Part shown: positions 19,096 through 28,951 of the stretch, in pieces
How the letters are laid out: each line of letters starts with the position of its first letter
Numbering within the stretch: the first letter of the stretch is position 1
Source of the DNA: Bacteroidota bacterium
GTDB taxonomy: Bacteria > Bacteroidota > Bacteroidia > Bacteroidales > VadinHA17
Assembly: GCA_029547705.1 (NCBI GenBank)
Contig: JAKPOU010000001.1
Coordinates: forward strand, 71,437-135,436
DNA: 64,000 nt
Direction: 5' to 3'
Notes under the pieces: generated by a model
What the model was told of the DNA's origin: nothing
What the model saw: the letters and a program-made list of their open reading frames with translations, nothing else
Databases searched by the model: none
Position numbers and translations under genes: made by a program

Positions 19096-20283
19096 ATGAA
19101 CAGATCTAAACATACAGGCCTGGTTTTTTCCCTCATATTATTGTTTTATCTGAGCAGTTGCGGGAATCCTGGCGGCTCTCAGGAAAGGCAGGATCAGATC
19201 AGGGACGGGGACAGGCACATCGCTGCAGGCAGCAGGCTGTCTTCGGACAGCCGGGGACAGCCAGCAGGGAATAACGGATCTGTGGCGGTAAGGGATATAC
19301 TTGGCAGGGAGGTTTTCATTCCTTCACGCATAAACCGTGTCGCCGGTCTGCGTGCCGGAGCTTTACGGCTGCTGGTATATATGGACCTTGCCGACAGGAT
19401 TGCCGGAGTGGAACAGAATGAGAAACGGGGCAGCACGCCCTACATGAAAGCACATCCCGAACTGGCCCAGCTGCCTTCACTGGGTCCGTCAATGGGCGGT
19501 GATGCCGAACTGATACTGAAATCAAAACCTGACCTGATTTTCCTTACCTATACCACAGCAGGTGATGCTGATGCCCTGCAGCAGAAAACAGGCATTCCGG
19601 TAATTGCCCTCGAATGTACTGAATTCGGCACGGCAAGGGATACCCTTTTTGCTTCCCTTAAACTCATAGGAAAGATCATGGACAGAAGCGGCAGGGCCGA
19701 TACACTGATAAACTACATTGAAAATTCAATTGCTGAGCTGAACAGACGGTCATCCGGAACAGCGGAATCAGAAAAACCACTCGTTTACATAGGCGGAGTC
19801 GGCTATTCGGGTTCATATGGCATCAATTCAACCCAGCCCTTCTTCCCTCCTTTCATGTTCCTGAATGCCCGCAGTCCGGCATCAGAGATTGACAAAAGAC
19901 TCATATCCCACGTGAAGGGCACTCATATTGATACGGAACAACTGATGCTCTGGAATCCGGATATTCTTTTCATTGATGAATCAGGACTTAACCTGGTAAA
20001 GCAGGATCTCCGAAGGGGAACAGCATTATTCAACAGGCTTAAGGCCGTAGAGGAAAACAGGATGTACACCCTTCTGCCCTATAACAATTATGCAACCAAC
20101 TATGAAATGGTACTGGCAAATGCATGGTTTGCCGGAAAAATCCTCTATCCCGAAAAATTCAGTGACATTGATGCCGATGAAAAAACGAAGGAAGTATACC
20201 GCATATTCCTGGGCAGGGATATATCGGATGAAATAAAACCCTCTTCATCAGCTTTCAGGAATATCAGTAAAAACGAACTTTGA
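19096..20283 (+). CDS. Metal/siderophore/cobalamin ABC substrate-binding lipoprotein (helical-backbone class)
   Basis: Lipobox LSSC, RDILGREV, E.IL...PDLI, L.AVEENR.Y. Confidence 0.88.
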   Translation: MNRSKHTGLVFSLILLFYLSSCGNPGGSQERQDQIRDGDRHIAAGSRLSSDSRGQPAGNNGSVAVRDILGREVFIPSRINRVAGLRAGALRLLVYMDLADRIAGVEQNEKRGSTPYMKAHPELAQLPSLGPSMGGDAELILKSKPDLIFLTYTTAGDADALQQKTGIPVIALECTEFGTARDTLFASLKLIGKIMDRSGRADTLINYIENSIAELNRRSSGTAESEKPLVYIGGVGYSGSYGINSTQPFFPPFMFLNARSPASEIDKRLISHVKGTHIDTEQLMLWNPDILFIDESGLNLVKQDLRRGTALFNRLKAVEENRMYTLLPYNNYATNYEMVLANAWFAGKILYPEKFSDIDADEKTKEVYRIFLGRDISDEIKPSSSAFRNISKNEL

Positions 20284-21353
20284 TGTCAGAACAGGTTTTA
20301 AGCCAATATTACAATTTCAGGAAGAAGAGAATACTTTTCATACTCTTTCTTCTGCTGCTGCTGTTCATTATTATCATATACTCGCTTTTTTCCGGATCGG
20401 CCGACATAGGTTTAAGGGATATATACAGCCTTATAACGGGAACGGGACAGGCAGTTTCACGTCAGATCATCTACAACATACGCCTGCCGCGAATTGCCGG
20501 AGCCTTTCTGGCAGGTATGGCTCTTTCCGTGTCAGGAGCCGTAATTCAGAGCATTCTCAGGAATCCACTGGCTTCCCCCTTCACTCTGGGTATTTCCGGA
20601 GCATCCGCATTCGGCGCTGCCTTTGCAATAATTGTCCTCGGAGCCGGCAGCAGCTACGCCGGATCCAACGATATGGCCATAATCAATAATCCCTATGTGG
20701 TGACGGTTTCCGCATTCCTGTGGAGCCTCTGCAGTGTTGCCGTCATCATCGTGCTCTCAAAGTATAAGGGTGCAACACCTGAAATAATCATATTGTCAGG
20801 GATAATTATTTCTTCACTGTTTGGTGCAGGCATATCGGCAATGCAGTATTTTTCCGATAATATCCAGCTTGCATCAATTGTATTCTGGACTTTCGGCGAC
20901 ATTGGCAGAGCATCATGGAACAACTGTCTGATAATTGCAGTCGTAGTGAGTCTTGTCATGGTTTTTTTTATAAGCCAGAGCTGGAACTATAAAGCACTTC
21001 AGTCGGGAGATGAATATGCAAGAAGTCTGGGAGTCAATGTTTCAAGAGTCCGCCTGACAGGACTGGTTGTGGCTTCACTGGTGACAGCAGTTGTTGTTTC
21101 ATTTTACGGAATCATTGCCTTTGTGGGACTGGTAGTTCCTCATATTGTACGCAGGATCATCGGAGGCGACGAACAGTTCCTGATACCTGCATCGGCAATA
21201 GGGGGAGGAACATTTTTGCTGTTTTCCGACACTCTTGCAAGAACAATCATATCCCCGGTCATCCTTCCTGTGGGAATTTTAACATCTTTCGCAGGTGCAC
21301 CCCTGTTTCTGTTTCTGCTTATTAAAGGAATGGGAAAGGATTACTGGACCTGA
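20283..21353 (+). CDS. FecCD/BtuC family ABC permease
   Basis: IRLPR, ILRNPLASPFTLGISGAS, GDEYARSLGV, FVGLVVPH. Confidence 0.92.
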   Translation: MSEQVLSQYYNFRKKRILFILFLLLLLFIIIIYSLFSGSADIGLRDIYSLITGTGQAVSRQIIYNIRLPRIAGAFLAGMALSVSGAVIQSILRNPLASPFTLGISGASAFGAAFAIIVLGAGSSYAGSNDMAIINNPYVVTVSAFLWSLCSVAVIIVLSKYKGATPEIIILSGIIISSLFGAGISAMQYFSDNIQLASIVFWTFGDIGRASWNNCLIIAVVVSLVMVFFISQSWNYKALQSGDEYARSLGVNVSRVRLTGLVVASLVTAVVVSFYGIIAFVGLVVPHIVRRIIGGDEQFLIPASAIGGGTFLLFSDTLARTIISPVILPVGILTSFAGAPLFLFLLIKGMGKDYWT

Positions 21354-21406
21354 AAATATTACAGAACAGTTTTGTCTTAATTTTGCCAGTCAATATAAAT
21401 ACAGAG

Positions 21407-21472
21407 ATGAAAGCCGCAACCGTTCAAAACGCAAAATTTCCCGGGGTTCATCATATCATTAAAGCCGGTTAA
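21407..21472 (+). CDS. Putative 21-aa ORF MKAATVQNAKFPGVHHIIKAG
   Basis: Follows a TAATTTTG element (21378-21385). Stop is 3 nt before the ATPase ATG. Confidence 0.3.
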   Translation: MKAATVQNAKFPGVHHIIKAG

Positions 21473-21475
21473 ACG

Positions 21476-22234
21476 ATGAAAATCACCATTCAGGATATTG
21501 AATTCAGTTATAATGGCTTCCCTGCACTCGAAAATGTGAACAACAGAATTGAGAAAGGTGATTTTGTGGCACTGGTCGGTCCGAACGGATCAGGTAAAAG
21601 TACCCTTATCAAGTGTATGAACGGAATACTGAAAGTCAGCAAAGGCACTGTACTGATAGATGACAGGGCAATATCCATGTTCAGTCCCAATGAACTGGCC
21701 AGGGAGATTGCCTATGTTCCCCAGAGTGAAAACAGGAAGGCAGTACTTAAGGTATTTGACATTGTCCTTCTTGGAAGGAAACCCTATATCAACTGGAAAC
21801 CGGCTGAACACGACCTCAGGGTAACATCGGAAATACTGAATACTCTCAATCTTGATCATCTGGCAATGAGGGATTTCAATAAACTGAGCGGCGGACAGCA
21901 ACAGATAGTGTACATAGCCAGGGCTCTGGCCCAGGAACCGGATATCCTGCTTCTTGACGAACCAATTGCAAATCTTGATATCAGACACCAGATTGAAGTG
22001 CTGAACCTGCTGAAAAAGCTTTCCGCCAGAGGCATCACCATTGTCATCGCCCTGCATGACATAAACATGGCTGTACGCTATGCCTCGGGAATAATGATGC
22101 TCAGGGACGGAAAGGTATTTGCCAGCGGCGGCAGGGAAATAATAACAAAACAGAATATTGAAAATCTTTATGATATCAGGGTAAAGATTATCAGAAATGA
22201 CAATGATACATTTATCCTGCCGGAAGGATTATAA
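21476..22234 (+). CDS. ABC transporter ATP-binding protein (FecE/BtuD-like)
   Basis: GPNGSGKS, LSGGQQQ, LLDEP, LHD. Confidence 0.93.
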   Translation: MKITIQDIEFSYNGFPALENVNNRIEKGDFVALVGPNGSGKSTLIKCMNGILKVSKGTVLIDDRAISMFSPNELAREIAYVPQSENRKAVLKVFDIVLLGRKPYINWKPAEHDLRVTSEILNTLNLDHLAMRDFNKLSGGQQQIVYIARALAQEPDILLLDEPIANLDIRHQIEVLNLLKKLSARGITIVIALHDINMAVRYASGIMMLRDGKVFASGGREIITKQNIENLYDIRVKIIRNDNDTFILPEGL

Positions 22235-22253
22235 AATAAAACACTGTTCAGAT

Positions 22254-23360
22254 ATGAAAACATACACTGTCAGACCAGTAGGCCTGGTACGCAACGGATT
22301 CGACAATCCCGCCGATTACAACACGATAAAGGAACACCCCAGCTCCGTTATAGTGCATGATGAATACAGTGAGGCCCTGCTGAACATTGATGAGTGTGAA
22401 TATCTGGATATTGTTTTCTGGTTTCATAAATCGGAACAGGGAACCCTGTCCGGAAAAACCCATTCAGGTGCCGTGAGGGGTGTGTTTGCCTCCCGCAGTC
22501 CCAGGAGGCCCAATCTGATAGGGATTACAACAGTAAAACTGATTGAGCGGAAAAATAACGAACTCATTGTGGAAGGCCTTGATGCCATCAATAACACACC
22601 TGTAATTGATATAAAAAACTGTGACACCTCATTGTTTGCTTCAGTCACCGAATCAAACCCCGTTCATAATTCGATTCTCAAATCTGATCCGAGAATTGAA
22701 ATCAGAAACAACATAGCAAAGGGCGAAACAGATATATTGCTTATAAAGGCTGCACAGATGCACGGTCATTTCTGTCCGGGACTTGCCATGGGAGTCATGG
22801 CAGCCGTCCATGCCATGAGGGAGTTGCAGGCTGATTCCGACGGCATGGAGAACCTTCTGGCTATAACCGAAACAAACAATTGTTTTTCTGACGGAGTGCA
22901 GTTTGTCACAGGCTGCTCATTCGGCAATAATTCCCTGATCTACAAGGATCTGGGAAAAACAGCATTTACGCTTGCCGGAAGGGACGGTAAAGGAATAAGG
23001 ATCTGTTCGCGCCATGAATCAAGGGATGTGATAGAAGAGGCATTCCCGGATTTCCGGAAATACTACCGGTCAGTCATTGCTGAGCAGAAACGTGATCCTG
23101 ACATGGTTGCCGCATATAAGAAGTCTGCCCTGGAAAGGGCTTTCGGCACCCTGGATCTTCCTTTCGGAAGTTTATTCACTGTTAAGCGGGTTCATACCGC
23201 AATACCGGATTATGCCGGAATTGATGAGAGCGTGGTATGCCGGCTCTGCAATGAAAGTGTAATGAGATCGAGAACAACGGAAGAGGGTGATTCCTTTACC
23301 TGTTTCAGCTGCAGCGGCCGGGATCATGCCATTCTTGACGGAAACGGCATTCATCTGTAA
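22254..23360 (+). CDS. TsaA/YaeB-like SAM-binding domain fused to FmdE domain with C-terminal zinc finger
   Basis: GVFASRSPRRPNLIG...GLDAINNTPVIDIK, then HGHFCPG, ETNNCFSDG, CRLC...CFSC. Confidence 0.85.
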   Translation: MKTYTVRPVGLVRNGFDNPADYNTIKEHPSSVIVHDEYSEALLNIDECEYLDIVFWFHKSEQGTLSGKTHSGAVRGVFASRSPRRPNLIGITTVKLIERKNNELIVEGLDAINNTPVIDIKNCDTSLFASVTESNPVHNSILKSDPRIEIRNNIAKGETDILLIKAAQMHGHFCPGLAMGVMAAVHAMRELQADSDGMENLLAITETNNCFSDGVQFVTGCSFGNNSLIYKDLGKTAFTLAGRDGKGIRICSRHESRDVIEEAFPDFRKYYRSVIAEQKRDPDMVAAYKKSALERAFGTLDLPFGSLFTVKRVHTAIPDYAGIDESVVCRLCNESVMRSRTTEEGDSFTCFSCSGRDHAILDGNGIHL

Positions 23361-23435
23361 ATGCTTCCGGATAGCCGGGAAGCCGTACTATTCATCTGCT
23401 TTCATATTTTCCTATCTTTGCGCTTTTCCCGGGAA

Positions 23436-24809
23436 ATGGACATAACTGAAAAGCTGACATACAGGAAAATCTTTCTTTTCTGGGGGCCGCTTGCGCTTAC
23501 CTGGCTGATGATGGCTTTTGAGCAGCCTTTCCTCATTGCCTTCATTGCCCGCCTGAATGAGGCAAAGTTCAATCTTGCCGCTTTTGGAATAGCCGGATCT
23601 TTTGCCATGATAATCGAGTCGCCGATAATCATGCTAATGAGTGCTTCCACTGCTCTTGTCAGGGGACGTCATTCATACAGGAAGCTGAAAAGATTCACTG
23701 ACCTGCTCAATGCCGGCATCACAGTCATTCAGCTGATCATCCTTATTCCGCCGGTTTTCAGCTTTATCGTAACCGGTCTGATGGGAATGCCTGAGGATAT
23801 CGCAAGACCGGCGCACACGGCACTTTTCATTTTTCTTCCCTGGGCTGCATCCATCGGTTACAGGAGGTTCTATCAGGGAATACTGATCAGGAATAATCTC
23901 ACCAGGAGGGTGACTTACGGAACTGTCGTGAGGCTGGTGGTGATAATGATAATGGGAGTAATCCTTTATTCAGCAGGCGTGAAAGGAGCCTATGTCGGTG
24001 CCGGGGCAATGTCACTGGCAGTTTTTCTTGAAGCAATTGCAACAAGAATGATGGTTTCCCGCACGCTGAAGACACTGCTTCAGATAGACGATACAGAAAA
24101 CCGCAATCTCCGCTTAAGGTCAGTTGCACGATTCTATTTCCCCCTTGCCCTTACTTCAATACTCTCGCTCGGAGTCCAGCCCTTTGTCACCTTTTTCCTC
24201 GGAAGAAGCCGTATGGCTGTGGAATCACTGGCCGTTCTGCCCGTGGTGAGCTCGCTGGTATTTATTTTCAGAAGCATGGGACTGTCATACCAGGAAGTGA
24301 ACATTGCACTGATAGGCAAGGAAAAGCAGAATTACAGGCTTCTGAAGAATTATGCCATTTTCCTTGGCCTGGTGGTGACGGTCCTGATTTCGGTACTGGC
24401 TTTCACTCCCCTGGCAAACCTGTGGTTCATAAATATATCGGGACTGAGTCAGGATCTTGCCGATATGTCATATCTTCCATTGAAAATCATGATACTCGTG
24501 CCTGCGCTTACAGTTCTTCTGAATTTCCAGAGGTCCTCGCTCATTATAAACGGTACCACACGCCCCATTTCCGTGGCAACGGCAATAGAGCTCGGCACCA
24601 TCATAATGACTTTGCTTGTCTGTACAGTTTTTCTGAACTTTATCGGGGTAGTCGCTGCAGCTATTGCCTTTATGACCGGCAGGATAATGTCAAACCTCTA
24701 CCTGATACAAAAACAGGTGTCAGCCGTGAGGGAATGGAATATTAAAGAACTGGTGACCGAAACGGTAAGACTGGACTCCGATGTCCATGACCATCGTCTC
24801 AGAAGATGA
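23436..24809 (+). CDS. MATE/MOP superfamily membrane protein
   Basis: About 12 TM segments with internal duplication. TATCTTTG promoter element at 23413-23420 supports ATG 23436. Confidence 0.75.
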   Translation: MDITEKLTYRKIFLFWGPLALTWLMMAFEQPFLIAFIARLNEAKFNLAAFGIAGSFAMIIESPIIMLMSASTALVRGRHSYRKLKRFTDLLNAGITVIQLIILIPPVFSFIVTGLMGMPEDIARPAHTALFIFLPWAASIGYRRFYQGILIRNNLTRRVTYGTVVRLVVIMIMGVILYSAGVKGAYVGAGAMSLAVFLEAIATRMMVSRTLKTLLQIDDTENRNLRLRSVARFYFPLALTSILSLGVQPFVTFFLGRSRMAVESLAVLPVVSSLVFIFRSMGLSYQEVNIALIGKEKQNYRLLKNYAIFLGLVVTVLISVLAFTPLANLWFINISGLSQDLADMSYLPLKIMILVPALTVLLNFQRSSLIINGTTRPISVATAIELGTIIMTLLVCTVFLNFIGVVAAAIAFMTGRIMSNLYLIQKQVSAVREWNIKELVTETVRLDSDVHDHRLRR

Positions 24810-25082
24810 CAGTTATCATATCCGTTGTGTTTTCCGATATGTTTCTCACATTATCCGGTTCTGGTTTATTTCCCTTACAACCGGCTGGCTGAACATAAAC
24901 AGCGGAGATCTCCGGTCCCGGTCCCCGGCAGGGTAGTGACCACAGTCTTTTTCAATTTACTGACAGCAATTCCTTTATTTTTTCCTGACAAATTATTATA
25001 ATTGTATATTGTATAAAAACCGCGATCTTTTCAAAATTCATTTTAACCGACCTGTTCAAGTAAAAATTTTAAAGCCTCTGTT

Positions 25083-26570
25083 ATGTCAGAAAAATTATCC
25101 AGACTCGACTTTTTAAAAACTTCAGGACTGGCTGCATCGGGATTTGTATTAGGCAAGACAGCCGTTGCTCAGGGCCGGGGTCCTGAAATATTACCCTCCG
25201 GAAAATTGTCAGGCCGGACGGGAAAAGTTAATCTCGCCCTGATAGGGATTGCAAATCAGGGAGCAGGAGTGGCAAGGCAATTCATCAATTCAGGTCTGGC
25301 AAACATTGTTGCCGTTTGTGATGTGGACCTTGATGCAAAAGGCTGCCAGGAAACGATAAAGCTGGTTCCCAAAGCAAAGCAGTTCAGGGATTTCAGGATT
25401 ATGTTCGATAAAATGGCAGGTGATATTGATGCTGTACAGGTAGCAATTCCCGACTTTGCACATTTCCCGGTATGTATGGCAGCAATGCAGCTGGGCAAGA
25501 GCGTATTTGTTGAGAAGCCAATGACACGGACATTCCTTGAGGCAGAGATTCTCGCCCGAATGGCTGAAAATAATCCGAAAATTGTGACGCAGGTAGGCAA
25601 CCAGGGACATTCGGGGGAGAACTATTTTCAGTTCAGGGCCTGGAAGGATGCAGGCATAATCCGGGATGTAACGGCCGTTACCGCATTCATGAACGGCAGC
25701 CGGCGCTGGCATCCATATGATCCAAACATCAGCAGATATCCTGAAGCACAGCCATTGCCGCCGGGAATGACCGAAACCGACTGGGATGTCTGGCTTACCA
25801 CGGCTGCATATCACGATTTCAATGAAAAATATCATCCGGGCAACTGGAGAGGCTGGTATGATTTCGGACTTGGAGCACTTGGCGACTGGGGAGCCCACAT
25901 CCTTGACACAATACATGAATTTCTAGACCTTGGTTTACCATATGAAATAGAGCCTATTCATGTTAAAAACCTCAATGACTATTTCTTCCCGCTTGAAACA
26001 ACGCTCCGTTTCCGTTTCCCGAGCCGCGGGGATATGCCCCCATGCGATATAACCTGGTATGACGGTGTGGACAACCTTCCGCCCTTCCCTGAAGGATATG
26101 ATTCTGTTTCGGCAACGGTTGACAGTACCATACCACCTCCCGGAGGAGTGAGCCGTCAGGAAAGGGCAAAGCAGGCAGGCGGTCAGCCCAGAAGACCCCA
26201 GGCCGGAAAAATCATTTACAGCAAAGAGCTTACATTCAAGGGAGGCACACATTCCGCTCCCCTGTTTATTATCCCTGAGGCAAAGGCAAAGGAAATGGCT
26301 CCGAAATTGCCGCCCGTTCCTGAAAGCCCCTCGGATCATTATGTCAACTTCCTGAAAGCCTGTATGGGTGAAGAAAAAACACGTTCACCCTTCCAGGTAT
26401 TTGCGCCACTTTCACAGATATTTTCCCTGGGCATAATAGCGGTCCGCCGGAATAAAAAACTATTGTTCAACAGGGAAACAAAGGAATTTATCAATGACAA
26501 GTTCGCGAATTCATTGCTGACAGACAGGCCTCCCAGGAAAGGATGGGAGAGTTATTACAACATATCATAA
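25083..26570 (+). CDS. Gfo/Idh/MocA family oxidoreductase with Tat-like signal
   Basis: SRLDFLK signal, LIGIANQG, VFVEKPM, GALGDWGAHILD. Confidence 0.88.
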   Translation: MSEKLSRLDFLKTSGLAASGFVLGKTAVAQGRGPEILPSGKLSGRTGKVNLALIGIANQGAGVARQFINSGLANIVAVCDVDLDAKGCQETIKLVPKAKQFRDFRIMFDKMAGDIDAVQVAIPDFAHFPVCMAAMQLGKSVFVEKPMTRTFLEAEILARMAENNPKIVTQVGNQGHSGENYFQFRAWKDAGIIRDVTAVTAFMNGSRRWHPYDPNISRYPEAQPLPPGMTETDWDVWLTTAAYHDFNEKYHPGNWRGWYDFGLGALGDWGAHILDTIHEFLDLGLPYEIEPIHVKNLNDYFFPLETTLRFRFPSRGDMPPCDITWYDGVDNLPPFPEGYDSVSATVDSTIPPPGGVSRQERAKQAGGQPRRPQAGKIIYSKELTFKGGTHSAPLFIIPEAKAKEMAPKLPPVPESPSDHYVNFLKACMGEEKTRSPFQVFAPLSQIFSLGIIAVRRNKKLLFNRETKEFINDKFANSLLTDRPPRKGWESYYNIS

Positions 26571-26606
26571 ATCCCGACGGAATACTTTTTTCTAATTTAT
26601 TACATG

Positions 26607-26641
26607 ACTCCCGGAAAGTATAAACCATCCGGGAGTTTTTT
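26607..26641 (+). terminator. Intrinsic terminator
   Basis: ACTCCCGGA/TCCGGGAGT stem followed by a T tract. Confidence 0.7.
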
Positions 26642-27130
26642 AATTCCGCGCGCTTTAAGCGCCCTTTCTGTAACTCTAAGGCGTTTCCCAATTCCCCGGA
26701 TACGGTCTGTCTGCCACTCCGCGTACCGTAAAAAGATTCAGAAACAATATTTCAAAAAATCCGATTGGGTGATTGATATCCTGATCGGATTCTTTAGTGT
26801 ACCATTGGCCATGTGTACCTCGAATTCGTACTTGCCTGCTCGTCCTTTACGCTTGAAGTTTGTGGTGATATGCTGACGGGTGCCCACTTCCTGTTGGCAT
26901 TCGTTGCATAAATGTCATCAGCCGGGACGTGAGTGATCTTCCCGAACAAACTACGGCTGTACCTCACTGATTCAATTAACCGGGTGCCTTCATTGAGGGG
27001 ATCGAAGCTGAGGCGTTCAATTAAGTTGATCCCAGGGAATGGCCAAATAAATTTTACCCGGTTCTGATTCCAAAAAACTCTTCCAGTAAAGTCCAAACTC
27101 TTGTTATAACTCTGCGAGTTATTTCCGGTT

Positions 27131-27262
27131 ATGTAACGGTTTGGCGGTATGAAACGTTGGGGATTGCGGATTACGTCAGTATCCCCCGATATCGAACTTT
27201 GACGCCGGGTAGAAATATTGCATAACCACTTAAACCATATTGTTTTATACCGCTTGTTAGTG
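27131..27262 (-). repeat. attC-like imperfect inverted repeat (about 132 bp)
   Basis: Minus strand reads CACTAAC-AA-GCGGTATAAAAC...GTTTCATACCGC-CAAACC-GTTACAT. Inner arms match 11/12. Confidence 0.5.
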
Positions 27263-27298
27263 GCAAGTGATTTATTTTTATCATTTTTTTGCAATTTA

Positions 27299-27329
27299 TT
27301 TGTTTTTCAAAATTGTATTATTATCTTTG
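27299..27329 (+). promoter_or_regulatory. Bacteroidota sigma-A promoter (-33/-7)
   Basis: TTTG-N19-TATCTTTG, an exact consensus, upstream of padR. Confidence 0.75.
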
Positions 27330-27337
27330 TATTATAC

Positions 27338-27381
27338 ATGTTGTTTATAACATTATGTATTATATATATTGTTTATAACAT
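27338..27381. promoter_or_regulatory. Two tandem PadR-type boxes
   Basis: ATGT-TGTTTATA-ACAT (27338-27353) and ATAT-TGTTTATA-ACAT (27366-27381) between the promoter and the padR ATG. Confidence 0.6.
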
Positions 27382-27393
27382 AATGAATAAATC

Positions 27394-27765
27394 ATGAATA
27401 AGACTAATTACTTATCTGAATTATTATCAACTTGGGAGGAAACTTATAAAAAGGGGCAATTGACTCTATGGATTTTTCTTTCATTGAAAGATGGCAAAAA
27501 ATATGTTGATGAAATAAAATGTTTTATTGAAGAACAGTCTAATCAGACAATGACTTGTGAAAGTCAAAGCCTTTATCGAACACTTAGAAAGTTTCAACAC
27601 TTAGGAGTTGTTGATTTTGAAACAGGCGAAGGCAACAAAGGTCCTGAGCGTAAATACTATTTCTTGACAGAAATAGGTCATAGACTTTTAGAAAATTTTA
27701 TTGAGAGAAATATCTCATTGTTTTTTAATAAACATATTAAAAACTTAATTACCAAGGAGGACTAA
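27394..27765 (+). CDS. PadR family transcriptional regulator
   Basis: YKKGQL...LY.TLRKF..LG.V...GPERKYY.LT.IG. Confidence 0.88.
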   Translation: MNKTNYLSELLSTWEETYKKGQLTLWIFLSLKDGKKYVDEIKCFIEEQSNQTMTCESQSLYRTLRKFQHLGVVDFETGEGNKGPERKYYFLTEIGHRLLENFIERNISLFFNKHIKNLITKED

Positions 27766-27767
27766 AA

Positions 27768-28187
27768 ATGAAAGCTTTAACAAAAAATCTTATATTTTTT
27801 ATGATTTTCTTTTTCATAGGTACTATTATGTTTCGCTATAGTTTGAGTTACTTTATAGAAAATCGCACTTATGATCTGGTATGGATTATTGCGGTAATCT
27901 ATTTTTTCTACAATTTTTTCATAGGTTGGATATTCGGTAAAAAGGATTATGAAACTCTACCTCTTTATGACATTGGATTCCGTTTTCATTTTGCAACTTA
28001 TTTACTTTTCAATATTGTATCAATCTTATGGTTTTTATTTGATTTTCATTCACACTATGAAAGCATTAGAAGTGTTTATGTCACAGCTTTATTCTGGGGG
28101 ATTGGTATCATTATTCACTTAGTCATTTACTTGATTACCCGTAAGAACGCAATTTTAGGAATTGAAAAATCTGAAATCTTTGACTAA
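27768..28187 (+). CDS. Four-TM hypothetical membrane protein
   Basis: Four hydrophobic segments, AT-rich, 2 nt after padR. Confidence 0.75.
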   Translation: MKALTKNLIFFMIFFFIGTIMFRYSLSYFIENRTYDLVWIIAVIYFFYNFFIGWIFGKKDYETLPLYDIGFRFHFATYLLFNIVSILWFLFDFHSHYESIRSVYVTALFWGIGIIIHLVIYLITRKNAILGIEKSEIFD

Positions 28188-28199
28188 ATCGGTTAATTT

Positions 28200-28319
28200 A
28201 TGAAAAGAATATCTGTTTGCCTGGTATTAATTCTCTTTATACTGTCAGTTCGTGGACAAATGGAATTAAATAGACAACAGAACCACCGGTATTTAAGTTT
28301 AACAGTTCGCAACTTTTAA
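28200..28319 (+). pseudogene. Truncated secreted-protein remnant (39 aa)
   Basis: MKRISVCLVLILFILSVRGQ looks like a signal peptide. Stop follows after 19 more codons. Confidence 0.35.
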
Positions 28320-28412
28320 AGCATTGAAAAAAAAAGTTGAGCCCGGCAATCACTTAAGAAAACGGGACACAACCTAAAAGTCAAACAAATAGAAATATTA
28401 AAAGAAACAGAT

Positions 28413-28943
28413 ATGAAAAAAATATTATTAACAGGCATGCTCTTCTTGTATATAAGCGGCATACTGATTGGACAATCAATTTACTCAGGTAGTTTTGATC
28501 TCAAAAATCAATCCGCTTTTAATTTAATTTCAGAAAATGAAATTGTTACTGTTCAAATAGCCAAAAAGCAAATAGACATTAATAATTCTGAAAAAAATAC
28601 ATATGGACTTAGAAAAATAAAGAGTAATCAGTTTTTATTCTTCTGTGGCAGCGACTCAATCCAAATTGTTCAAGCAAAAAAGAAACTTACTTTCCAACCG
28701 GGTTTAGTATTTGACTATAAAAAAAGAACATTGAAAGAATTAATACTTGTGGATGCCGAAGGCAAGATTGCATTAAATGCTGAATACGATTTCAAATATC
28801 CGGTTGCAAATTATAAAATTAATATTCAGGGCAATACAAAAATTAAGGAGCTGTTATCGTATGCTACATATTATTTATTTGACAAAAGCAAGAAACTAAA
28901 AAACGCTTATGAAACACCCTATATTTACTTTGGTCCTTATTAA
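28413..28943 (+). CDS. Hypothetical secreted protein
   Basis: Signal peptide MKKILLTGMLFLYISGILIGQ, AT-rich. Confidence 0.75.
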   Translation: MKKILLTGMLFLYISGILIGQSIYSGSFDLKNQSAFNLISENEIVTVQIAKKQIDINNSEKNTYGLRKIKSNQFLFFCGSDSIQIVQAKKKLTFQPGLVFDYKKRTLKELILVDAEGKIALNAEYDFKYPVANYKINIQGNTKIKELLSYATYYLFDKSKKLKNAYETPYIYFGPY

Positions 28944-28951
28944 AAACCAAT

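Noticed and set aside
26794-27294. 166-aa minus-strand ORF as a real gene
   Set aside because: Its first third is the translated attC-like hairpin. The rest could be a decayed fragment, but I recognise no family and see no proper start context.
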